From the NCBI GenBank assembly GCA_902779565.1, contig CACZCD010000008.1, forward strand, positions 571 to 64,570: 64,000 nt of DNA, given 5' to 3'. Positions 41,813-49,268 of the stretch are shown in pieces. Origin of the DNA: an uncultured bacterium. Lineage in GTDB: Bacteria; Verrucomicrobiota; Kiritimatiellia; RFP12; UBA1067. Under the pieces are notes generated by a model, which saw only the letters and a list, made by a program, of their open reading frames with translations, had not been told where the DNA came from and did no database searches. Position 1 is the first letter of the stretch. The number at the start of each line of letters is the position of its first letter. The position numbers were made by a program, and so were the translations under genes.

Positions 41813-42727
41813 ATGGGATACAACACGGAGTTTGAAGGCGAGTTTGCCTTGAGCAAAAAGAATGAGATTATCGTCTATCAGCCGAATGAAACCATGCGGC
41901 TGGATGTTCGGCTTGAAAACGAAACAGTTTGGTTGACTCAAAGCCCAATGGGGATTTTGTTTGGATGTACGACACGAAACATAAGGCTGCACCTTGAGAA
42001 CATCTACTCATGCGGAGAACTGACGCAGGAGGCAACTAGGAAGGATTTCTTCCTAGTTCGGCAAGAAGGAGACCGGCAAGTAAAAAGGAATGTCACCTGC
42101 TACAATCTTGACGCAATAATATCCGTCGGTTATAGGGTTAATTCCGTGTTGGGCGTGAAGTTCAGACAATGGGCGACCCAAGTTCTCAAAGATTACATGC
42201 TTCGCGGCTATGCGTTCAGCCAACGTTTGAACCAGCTTGAAGACAAGATGGATCGGCGGCTTTCGAAGCACGATCAGGAGATTGTAGAGCTGAAGGACAA
42301 GGTGGATTTCTTCGTCCAGACTTCGCTGCCGCCGATGCAGGGCGTGTTCTACAACGGACAGGTCTTTGACGCGAAGGTGTTTGCGGCAAAGCATATCTTG
42401 AGCGCGAAGAAGTCGATCCTACTCATTGACAGTTGGGTGGATGTCGTGACGCTTGAACTGCTAGCGAAAAAAGCAAAGGGCGTGACGGTCGAGATTGTTG
42501 CCTCGCACAGAGGTAATAAGATTTCGCCAAGTGACATTGCAACATTCAACAGTCAGTATGGTGGCTTGACGGTGCGCCAAAGTCGAAACTTCCACGACCG
42601 TTTTCTCATCATCGATGACAAGGTGCTGTATCTCATCGGCGCGTCGTTGAAAGACCTTGGTTGGAAATGTTTCGCCTTCACGAAACTTGATGCCGCCGAA
42701 ATCCCCAACCTGAAGGCGAGGGTGTAA
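41813..42727 (+). CDS. RhuM-family protein with PLD/HKD-like C-terminal domain, copy 2
   Basis: Paralog of 29592..30509: IIVYQPNETMRLDVRLENETVWLTQ, ISVGYRVNSVLGVKFRQWATQVLKDYMLRGY, HDRFLIIDDKVLYLIGASLKDLG. Confidence 0.7.
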   Translation: MGYNTEFEGEFALSKKNEIIVYQPNETMRLDVRLENETVWLTQSPMGILFGCTTRNIRLHLENIYSCGELTQEATRKDFFLVRQEGDRQVKRNVTCYNLDAIISVGYRVNSVLGVKFRQWATQVLKDYMLRGYAFSQRLNQLEDKMDRRLSKHDQEIVELKDKVDFFVQTSLPPMQGVFYNGQVFDAKVFAAKHILSAKKSILLIDSWVDVVTLELLAKKAKGVTVEIVASHRGNKISPSDIATFNSQYGGLTVRQSRNFHDRFLIIDDKVLYLIGASLKDLGWKCFAFTKLDAAEIPNLKARV

Positions 42728-42827
42728 TGCGCGTACCCTAATTTCAGGCGGCAGTTTGGTCTAATTCCCGCTGTAAAAAGTAGGTCAACAAGTTGGAGTA
42801 GTTTGAACAATAGAAATACTCTTGCGA

Positions 42828-42950
42828 GCTTCCGCCTACGCTGAAGCTTCCGCCGCCGCGCTTTGCGCTAGGACGGTCAAGACGGCGGACAAGACGGCGG
42901 ACAAGTATGATCCTCCTTCGCGCTTGCGAGCTTCCGCCTTCGCCGAGCCT
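42828..42950 (+). repeat. 123-bp direct repeat, copy 2
   Basis: See 41063-41185. Together the two copies bracket the second RhuM-like gene and its leader. Confidence 0.85.
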
Positions 42951-42993
42951 ACCCCCGCTGCTCGTGTGAGATGGGGAAGCATCTGAGCAGCTC

Positions 42994-43081
42994 GGGCGTG
43001 AAAACTGAAAATGCACATTTCACGCCCAAAATCGGCATGTCCAAAATGGGCGTGAAATCTGCAAATGCATGTTTCACGCCC
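42994..43081. repeat. two 34-bp inverted repeats GGGCGTGAAA-N14-TTTCACGCCC, 54 bp apart
   Basis: Located at 42994-43027 and 43048-43081. Each has a perfect 10-bp arm and a 14-nt centre containing TGCA. Confidence 0.8.
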
Positions 43082-43159
43082 ATATTCGATTGACTTCAGC
43101 CCTGCCGAAACCTCGCCGATCTTGAATCAATTGCGGCGCGCCTGAATCCTAACCAAGTT

Positions 43160-43398
43160 CATAGTTTGCAAACTATGGTTCTTAGATTGGGCGGCACTTC
43201 GCGATACGACAGATTCAAAGTTTGCAAACAGTGGTTTCCGAGTGGCGCCACATTCCACATGGCGATAACATGTTCATAGTTTGCAAACTATGGTTTCCGC
43301 CCGATCCTTTCGTGCCTCATAGATACACAGTTTGCAAACTATGGATTTCGATTGGGCGATACTTCGCCATACCACAGGTTCAAAGTTTGCAAACTATG
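43160..43398. repeat. array of five 18-bp palindromes (consensus CATAGTTTGCAAACTATG), period 51-59 bp
   Basis: Copies at 43160-43177, 43216-43233, 43275-43292, 43326-43343 and 43381-43398. The segments between them are partly similar to each other. The array sits just downstream of the wHTH gene. Confidence 0.9.
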
Positions 43399-43406
43399 AA
43401 ATTGTG

Positions 43407-43988
43407 TTAGGAGGGAGATAGGGGCTGCAATGCGAGGGCGAGCAGGGTGCGGGCGAGAGGGTCGGATGGTTTCCCGAGTTCGTAGATGCGATGTCCGTCT
43501 GGCGCGTCGCAGGGGATGACTATCTGCGCCGCAATCAAGATGCCAAGCTGCCGCCGCAGCGTAGCGAACGGAAGATCCGTTGCTTTGGCAAGTTCCTCAA
43601 AGCCGCATCGCGCGTTGGAGGAGAGGGACTGCAGGATGCGGATGCGGACATGGTGGGCAAAGGCGTTGATCGTGTTGAGAAGGGGCTTCTGCCAGTCCAG
43701 TTCGCAGGAAGCCGCGAAGAGTCTTGCCAAGACCATCTGAAGCCTGTACACGGGCGATGCCTTCTCCGGTTCGCCGGAACAGATGACATACCGTCCCGTA
43801 CGTTCGACCGAAAGAAACCCCGCCTCGGCCAGCTGCTTGAGGTATTGGCTGGCGGCGGCCTTTTTGAGACCGACGAATTCGCCCGCCTGGACGACATGCA
43901 GTTCGCGGTTGGGCGATGTGGCGATTTCCCGCAGCAGCGACAACCGAATCTCGTTGTTGAGAACCCGACAGATTTTCCAGAACTCCAT
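43407..43988 (-). CDS. transcriptional regulator with two tandem ArsR-like winged-helix domains
   Basis: WKICRVLNNEIRLSLLREIA...GLKKAAASQYLKQLAEAGFLSVERTGRYV and FAHHVRIRILQSLSS...LAKATDLPFATLRRQLGILIAAQIV give two ArsR/SmtB-type wHTH units in one 193-aa chain. Confidence 0.65.
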   Translation of the reverse strand: MEFWKICRVLNNEIRLSLLREIATSPNRELHVVQAGEFVGLKKAAASQYLKQLAEAGFLSVERTGRYVICSGEPEKASPVYRLQMVLARLFAASCELDWQKPLLNTINAFAHHVRIRILQSLSSNARCGFEELAKATDLPFATLRRQLGILIAAQIVIPCDAPDGHRIYELGKPSDPLARTLLALALQPLSPS

Positions 43989-44034
43989 ACCTCTCCTTTC
44001 GCCCCAAAGTATATCACACCTTACCTCTGAAAAC

Positions 44035-44168
44035 CATAGTTTGCAAACTGTGGTTTTCAGGTGGGTGTCGCCGCGCCTTACTACAGGTTCAAAGTTTGCA
44101 AACTATGGCTTCGCGGTGGCTGCACATGGTACATAACGATATCACATGTTCATAGTTTGCAAACTGTG
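44035..44168. repeat. three more copies of the 18-bp palindrome upstream of the wHTH gene
   Basis: Copies at 44035-44052 (part of an extended near-palindrome at 44030-44057), 44090-44107 and 44151-44168. Spacing is 55 and 61 bp. Confidence 0.9.
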
Positions 44169-44189
44169 GTTTCGCATGGGCTGGCAGAT

Positions 44190-44218
44190 TTGCGGCAAAG
44201 GGCGGGGCGTGGTATAAT
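44190..44218 (+). promoter_or_regulatory. sigma70 promoter (TTGCGG-N17-TATAAT with TG extension)
   Basis: Second copy of the 41538-41566 promoter module. GAAGGTGA SD and ATG 44250 lie downstream. Confidence 0.5.
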
Positions 44219-44249
44219 ATGCGGCGGAATGAATCGAAGGTGAATGACC

Positions 44250-44390
44250 ATGGCGATGCCACAGAGAGACAATGTGATTGAGGAAATCAAGCGGCTGGAT
44301 CTGTTGCTTGAATATGCCGTTCAGCATGGTGACGAAGCCGAGGCCGAGCGCCTCCGCGAAGAGCTGAAGCGCCTCACCGAACGTTTATGA
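44250..44390 (+). CDS. 46-aa helical small protein, copy 3
   Basis: MAMPQRDNVIEEIKRLDLLLEYAVQHGDEAEAERLREELKRLTERL*. Same length as copy 1, and the differences are largely conservative or synonymous-type. Confidence 0.55.
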   Translation: MAMPQRDNVIEEIKRLDLLLEYAVQHGDEAEAERLREELKRLTERL

Positions 44391-44414
44391 CGAAAACCCA
44401 AAAGGAGAAGAACT

Positions 44415-44630
44415 ATGCACTATTCGCGCTACAAAGTTGTGGTGATTGAGGAAAGCGGGCTGAGCACGCTGCTGGTCGGTTCCGCGAAGATGCCGTTGGG
44501 CAAAATCGAGCAGACATTTAACCAATATGCACAACAGGGTTGGCAAGTCGTCTTTCAGATTGTCGAGAAACGGCGCTTCCTCCTGTTCTGGTCGCGCGAG
44601 GCGATGATCGTTACATTTGGACATGTCTGA
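44415..44630 (+). CDS. small DUF4177-like protein
   Basis: 71 aa: MHYSRYKVVVIEESGL...IEQTFNQYAQQGWQVVFQIVEKRRFLLFW. The pattern resembles DUF4177 (from memory, unverified). Confidence 0.45.
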   Translation: MHYSRYKVVVIEESGLSTLLVGSAKMPLGKIEQTFNQYAQQGWQVVFQIVEKRRFLLFWSREAMIVTFGHV

Positions 44631-44765
44631 TCCGACGTCGGCAACCACCGGACTTCTATAAATGCGGTGGTAAATGCGCGCCGCCCGAAAAGCCCCACCC
44701 CCGTACGCATATTGCAATATGTGCACGGGAGCGTGTGCGCTTGGGGAAACGCGAAGCGAAAGGCA

Positions 44766-44774
44766 TGGTATAAT
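44766..44774 (+). promoter_or_regulatory. extended -10 box TGGTATAAT, leaderless uORF transcript
   Basis: TATAAT ends at 44774 and the ATG is at 44781 (6-nt gap). Confidence 0.5.
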
Positions 44775-44780
44775 ACGCCC

Positions 44781-44876
44781 ATGAATTCTAAAGATGAAAT
44801 GCGGGTGGGGATGGCAGACGATGGAAAGGTTTCGTCATCCGTCGCCCGGGAGAATATGGTAGGCTTAAGATCATGA
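44781..44876 (+). CDS. 31-aa upstream ORF overlapping the next gene by ATGA
   Basis: MNSKDEMRVGMADDGKVSSSVARENMVGLRS*. Its TGA (44874-44876) overlaps ATG 44873 of the downstream gene. Confidence 0.35.
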   Translation: MNSKDEMRVGMADDGKVSSSVARENMVGLRS

Positions 44877-45895
44877 AAATAAAGACAATCCTATTGGGCG
44901 CCGCGTTGGCGGCAACCATCCCGATGAAGGCGGCGCAAAGTTACTTCGTCATATTCGACAGCTTGCTCCGCGTCCCTGCGCTGTGCTACCCGCTCCCTCC
45001 CGGCTGGACCGGCATGGGCTGGGTCAAGTGGAACGTGCCCGCGCGCTCGAATCCGTATCTCCAGAGCACCATCCTGATGAACCCGTCGGAACGGCGCATC
45101 GTGCAGGAGGCGGGCTTCATCGGCAGGGGCGCGTTCCTCCTTAGTCAGTCCGGCGGCATCTACTCCAACCCCGACGCCATGGCCCAGCACCTCGCCCGGG
45201 AAATCAATTCGGGCATCGTGGTTCCCGGGCTGTCCAGCTTCCGGGCGAAGGGGGGACGCTTCAGCGACAATATCCCGCCGAAGACGCAGCGGGCCGTGGC
45301 GTTTCGGTTCGCGTCCGACCGCGCATCCACGTTCAAGAAGGCGTTCAAGGTGGAGTGTTTCTTCGACTGCGACTACAACGGCGCGCGGTGCGAGGCGCTC
45401 TACGAGTTCGTCTGCGCGTTCAGCGCGGTGCAGGTGCGGCCGAACGTGCCGGCCATGGCGTCGGCCATGGATTTCGACACCTTCCTGACCGTGGCGCCGC
45501 CCGGCAAACTCGCCGAGACGAAGAAGGTCGGCGGACGCCTGCTGGCCGGAGGGTTCGAGAACCGGCTGTGGAGACACGCCGCGAATCGGATGATGACGGC
45601 GATCCTCAAGGGCCAGATGATCGGCATGAACGAAGGCATGGACCTCATGCGCCAGGCGCGGATCGAGAACGAGAAGACGATGGACAAAGTCCGTCGCCAG
45701 TGGAGCGAGATGATCCGCGAGGTGAAGACGGTGGACAACCCGCTCTCGCCCGGCGACAAGATCGAGCGTCCGATTTATTTCAACCATTCGCTGATCAACT
45801 CGCGTCAGGACACCTTGATCATGAGCGACCGGACGATCGAGCCGCATGAAGCCGAGAAGCTCATGGGGCAGGGTTTCTGGACGGTCGTGGATTGA
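44873..45895 (+). CDS. secreted hypothetical protein
   Basis: Signal peptide MKIKTILLGAALAATIPMKAAQS. 340 aa with host-like GC. No family recognised. Confidence 0.55.
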   Translation: MKIKTILLGAALAATIPMKAAQSYFVIFDSLLRVPALCYPLPPGWTGMGWVKWNVPARSNPYLQSTILMNPSERRIVQEAGFIGRGAFLLSQSGGIYSNPDAMAQHLAREINSGIVVPGLSSFRAKGGRFSDNIPPKTQRAVAFRFASDRASTFKKAFKVECFFDCDYNGARCEALYEFVCAFSAVQVRPNVPAMASAMDFDTFLTVAPPGKLAETKKVGGRLLAGGFENRLWRHAANRMMTAILKGQMIGMNEGMDLMRQARIENEKTMDKVRRQWSEMIREVKTVDNPLSPGDKIERPIYFNHSLINSRQDTLIMSDRTIEPHEAEKLMGQGFWTVVD

Positions 45896-45949
45896 GGTTG
45901 CGGGATTGGCGGTTGGAAAGAGGGGGGGATTTCTCCCGTGGTTTGATTA

Positions 45950-45958
45950 TGGTATAAT
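45950..45958 (+). promoter_or_regulatory. extended -10 box TGGTATAAT, leaderless buk transcript
   Basis: TATAAT ends at 45958 and the ATG is at 45966 (7-nt gap). Confidence 0.55.
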
Positions 45959-45965
45959 TCACATC

Positions 45966-47075
45966 ATGAAAAAATTCAGGATTTTGGTGATCAATCCTGG
46001 CTCCACCTCCACGAAGGTGAGTCTGTTCGAGGACGAGACGTCGGTTTTCGAACACAAGCTCTTCCACGAGGCGTCCGTGCTCCTCAAGTTCTCGCATGTC
46101 AACGAACAGATGCCGTTCCGGCGCGAAGTGATCCTCGACATGCTCAAGTCGGAGGGGGTGGATCCTGCCTCGATCGATGCGTTCGTCGGTCGCTGCGGCG
46201 GAACGCACTCCCAGCCCAGTGGCATCATACGCGTCGACCAGAATGTCTTCGACGACGCCGCCAAGGGCCTTGATGGTTCGGAGCATCCCGCCAAGCTCGG
46301 GGTGATGCTCGCGTGGAAGTTCGCGGAGGAGTTCGGGAAGTCTGCCTTCACGCTCAATGCCACGACCGTGGACGAGCTCAACGACTACGCGCGCCTCACG
46401 GGCATCAAGGGTGTGTACCGCTTTGCGCACACGCACTGCCTGAACCAGAAGGCCGTGGCCCAGTTCCACGCCGAGAAGATCGGCCGCCGGTACGAGGACT
46501 GCAACTTCATCGTCGCGCACATCGACGGCGGCATCACCGTGGCCGCCCACGAGCACGGCAGGACGGTGGACAGCAACATGGGCGCGGACGGGGACGGCGC
46601 ATTCTCCCCCACCCGCATAGGGTCTCTGCCGGTCTTGACGGTGCTCAACTACCTTGAGACGCATTCCACCGAAGAACTGCGCCGCCGCTGCACGCGATCC
46701 GGCGGATTCGTCGATTTCTTCGGCACTTCCAACGCCGACACCGTCCACGAACGTATCGAGAAGGGTGACCGCGCGGCGACGCTGGTCTGGAACACGATGA
46801 TCTACCAGATCTGCAAGTTGATCGGCGAGATGGCGGTGGTCCTTTGCGGAAAGGTGGACGGCATCCTCCTCACGGGCGGACTCATCCGCTTTGCCGACAT
46901 CGTCGAAGGCATCGAGAAGCATTGCGGCTTCATCGCGCCGGTGTTCGCCTATCCCGGCGAGATGGAGCAGGAGGCGCTTGCGCTGCCCACGCTCAAGGTG
47001 CTGCGCGGCGAGCTGACGGCGCAGACCTACACGGGCCGGGACGTCTGGGGCGGGTTCGGGGATATCGGGCTGTAG
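45966..47075 (+). CDS. buk: butyrate kinase
   Basis: MKKFRILVINPGSTSTKVSLFEDE N-terminus and ASKHA-fold length (369 aa). The track start 45846 lies upstream of the promoter. Confidence 0.85.
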   Translation: MKKFRILVINPGSTSTKVSLFEDETSVFEHKLFHEASVLLKFSHVNEQMPFRREVILDMLKSEGVDPASIDAFVGRCGGTHSQPSGIIRVDQNVFDDAAKGLDGSEHPAKLGVMLAWKFAEEFGKSAFTLNATTVDELNDYARLTGIKGVYRFAHTHCLNQKAVAQFHAEKIGRRYEDCNFIVAHIDGGITVAAHEHGRTVDSNMGADGDGAFSPTRIGSLPVLTVLNYLETHSTEELRRRCTRSGGFVDFFGTSNADTVHERIEKGDRAATLVWNTMIYQICKLIGEMAVVLCGKVDGILLTGGLIRFADIVEGIEKHCGFIAPVFAYPGEMEQEALALPTLKVLRGELTAQTYTGRDVWGGFGDIGL

Positions 47076-47103
47076 GTTCGACGGAAGTCAGGGAGGAAGC
47101 GAC

Positions 47104-48045
47104 ATGAAACTTGTGGAACGCATGAAGGCGGCGGCGCGCGCGGACGTGAAGCGCATCGTGCTGCCGGAGGGTGACGAGCCGCGTACCGTCAAGGCGGCGG
47201 TGATCCTGAAGGACGAAGGGATTGCCGAGCCGATCCTCCTCACGAAGGCGCTGATCGAAGCGCCGTCCAACGCGGCGCGTCTCGCGTCCTATGCGGCGAC
47301 GCTCTACGAACTGCGGAAGGCGAAAGGGCTTACCGAGGAGAAGGCGGCGGCACTGGCGGCCGATCCGATGTACTACGGCATGCTGGCGGTGAAGGCCGGC
47401 GAAGCCGATGGTCTCGTCTCCGGCGCCATCCACTCCACGGGCGATATGCTGCGTCCGGCGCTTCAGGTGATCCGGACGGCGCCCGGGATGAAACTGGTTT
47501 CGTCGAGCTTCCTCGTGGAGTGCCCCAACCGGTCGGTCGGCGAGGAGGGGCTGCTCGTGCTGGCCGATGGCGTGGTGAATCCGTGCCCGACGGCCGAGGA
47601 GCTGGCGCACATTGCGGTGGCGACCGCCGAGACGGCGCGGAAGCTGTGCGGGGTTGAGGAGCCGCGCGTGGCCATGCTGTCGTTCTCCACGAAAGGCAGC
47701 GCGGAACATGCGCTCGTCGAGAAGGTGCGGGAGGCGACGGCAATCGCGAAAGGTCTCGCGCCGGCGCTTCTGATCGACGGCGAACTTCAGCTCGATGCGG
47801 CGCTCGTGCCGGAGGTGGGTGCGCTGAAGGCGCCGGGGAGCCCCGTGGCGGGACGCGCCAACGTGCTCGTGTTTCCGGATCTGCAGTCGGGGAACATCGG
47901 GTACAAGATCGCGCAGCGTCTCGGCGGCGCGTCGTGCTTTGCGGTGCTGCAGGGCTTGGCGCGTCCGTGCAACGATCTTTCGCGCGGCTGCTCCGTCGAG
48001 GACATCGTGAACACGGTGGCCGCCACGGCGCTTCAGGCCCGGTAG
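47104..48045 (+). CDS. pta: phosphate acetyl/butyryl-transferase (short Pta-type)
   Basis: RIVLPEGDEPRTVKAA, ADGLVSGAIHSTGDMLRPALQVI, GELQLDAAL and FPDLQSGNIGYKIAQRL are Pta/EutD-type motifs. Confidence 0.8.
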   Translation: MKLVERMKAAARADVKRIVLPEGDEPRTVKAAVILKDEGIAEPILLTKALIEAPSNAARLASYAATLYELRKAKGLTEEKAAALAADPMYYGMLAVKAGEADGLVSGAIHSTGDMLRPALQVIRTAPGMKLVSSSFLVECPNRSVGEEGLLVLADGVVNPCPTAEELAHIAVATAETARKLCGVEEPRVAMLSFSTKGSAEHALVEKVREATAIAKGLAPALLIDGELQLDAALVPEVGALKAPGSPVAGRANVLVFPDLQSGNIGYKIAQRLGGASCFAVLQGLARPCNDLSRGCSVEDIVNTVAATALQAR

Positions 48046-48052
48046 GCGGACC

Positions 48053-49174
48053 TCACATCATCTTTGCCCGCCAAGCGCGCGGGGTGGTGCCGGTCGCGGC
48101 GTGGAACGCATTGGAAAGATGCGAGGGGGTGCAGAATCCCGTGGCCGCCGCGATTTCCGATACGGACATCTTGGTGTTGCGGAGGAGCAGCTTGACCTTG
48201 GCGAGACGTCGGCGGGCGATCTCCTTGCCGACAGAACGCCCCAGCTCGGCGGTGAAGTGCTTGTGCAGCACGTTCTGCGTGATGCCGAGCGCATTTGCGA
48301 TCTGCACCGCGCCGAAACTCGTCGCGAGGTTCGCCTCGATGTATTTCAGCCCTTGCCGGACGAGCGGATCGGTGACGGCGATCACGTCGGTGGAGCGGCG
48401 GAGCACCACGCCTGCGGGCGGCACGAGGATGGGGCTTGCCGGCGGTCTGCCGCCCTCCATCAGCCGATGCAGGAGGGAGGCCGCCTCGTAGCCGCCGCGT
48501 TCGAGGTTCTGGTCGATGGAGGAGAGCGGCACGGACTGGTTTTCGCAGATGAGCGGGTCGTTGCCGATGGAGAGGATGGCCAGCTCCTCCGGCACGGAGA
48601 CACCCGTTCGCTCCGCCACGTCCAGAAGGCGGGCGGCGTCCGATTCGTCGTAGGTGAGCGCGGCGAGCGGTTTGGGTGCCGCCTTCAGCTTGGACGAGAG
48701 CCAGCGCAGAAAGGCATCCCAGTCGTTCCGCCGTGTCTTCGGCATCTCTTCCTCCGCGACCCAGCGCGCGGCGGGTGTCCGTTCGGTGAGGCCAAGGTAC
48801 CGCAGCTCCTGCACTTTCCCCCAGCCGGTCGAGAACCAGACGATGTTCCGGAAGTTGCGCTCCGCGAAATGCTCGGCGGCGAGGCGTCCGATCGCGGTGT
48901 GGTCGCTCATGACGCGGGGAACCTTGATGTCGGGACGGCTGATGGTGAGATCCACCACCGGGATGCCGCGCTTCATCAACCTCTTGACGGCATCGACCGA
49001 GACGGGGTCGGAGCGGAGCGCGGCGATCACGCCGTTGCCGTCCCAGGCGAGCGGATGGTAGCCGAGGCGGTCCTGGATCATCAGGTGCCATCCCTGCTCG
49101 TGCGCATAGCGGGCGATGCCCGCGATGCGGGCGGCGCTCATCGGCGACACCATGGCCAACACTTTCTCTCTCAT
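48053..49174 (-). CDS. XylR-like regulator (periplasmic-binding-protein-like sensor plus AraC-type HTH)
   Basis: C-terminal ...SVSEIAAATGFCTPSHLSNAFHAATGTTPRAWR is an AraC HTH. The N-terminal sugar-binding-like fold begins MREKVLAMVSPM. ATG 49174 is preferred. Confidence 0.75.
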   Translation of the reverse strand: MREKVLAMVSPMSAARIAGIARYAHEQGWHLMIQDRLGYHPLAWDGNGVIAALRSDPVSVDAVKRLMKRGIPVVDLTISRPDIKVPRVMSDHTAIGRLAAEHFAERNFRNIVWFSTGWGKVQELRYLGLTERTPAARWVAEEEMPKTRRNDWDAFLRWLSSKLKAAPKPLAALTYDESDAARLLDVAERTGVSVPEELAILSIGNDPLICENQSVPLSSIDQNLERGGYEAASLLHRLMEGGRPPASPILVPPAGVVLRRSTDVIAVTDPLVRQGLKYIEANLATSFGAVQIANALGITQNVLHKHFTAELGRSVGKEIARRRLAKVKLLLRNTKMSVSEIAAATGFCTPSHLSNAFHAATGTTPRAWRAKMM

Positions 49175-49252
49175 GGCGCGCAGTATAGCACAGGGTGGAT
49201 GGGAGATGCAAGTTTTCCAAAATAATTTGCAAGTGAAATTGGAGGGGGCTTG

Positions 49253-49261
49253 TGCTATCAT
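49253..49261 (+). promoter_or_regulatory. extended -10-like box TGcTATCAT, leaderless transcript
   Basis: The box ends at 49261 and the ATG is at 49269 (7-nt gap). It is divergent from the XylR-like gene. Confidence 0.4.
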
Positions 49262-49268
49262 ACACGGC

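Larger units (their letters stand above)
29378..44780. mobile_element. lower-GC genomic (defence) island, approximate boundaries, no integrase or transposase
   Basis: Restriction/nuclease/ATPase genes are dense and almost all on the + strand. AT-rich blocks (e.g. 30.5-33.2 kb) contrast with >60% GC flanks. Internal repeated junction modules are present. Confidence 0.55.

Noticed and set aside
41460-41992. Track ORFs 41461..41691(+), 41520..41813(-), 41593..41856(-) and 41603..41992(-) as genes in the leader region.
   Set aside because: They have no SD or start context and they overlap each other and the promoter/hairpin modules. Their translations are low-complexity. The region is better explained as a non-coding leader.
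43160-44168. A possible CRISPR array: partially palindromic ~18-25-bp repeats separated by ~30-40-bp segments.
   Set aside because: The period varies from 51 to 61 bp. The spacer segments are similar to each other, so this is a degenerate tandem repeat. The array is split around a regulator gene, the conserved core is only 18 bp, and no cas gene or leader is present in the window.
29378-44780. A prophage, ICE or transposon as the nature of the island.
   Set aside because: No integrase, transposase, relaxase, T4SS, capsid, terminase or terminal inverted repeats were recognised. Only defence-type genes and repeats are present. It is therefore called a genomic island of unknown mobility.
47104-48045. 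Phosphate butyryltransferase (ptb), suggested by adjacency to buk.
   Set aside because: The motif pattern (PEGDEPR, GLVSGAIHSTGDMLRPALQ, PDLQSGNIGYKI) is that of short Pta/EutD-type phosphotransacetylases. Substrate preference cannot be decided from sequence, so the gene is called Pta-type acyltransferase.
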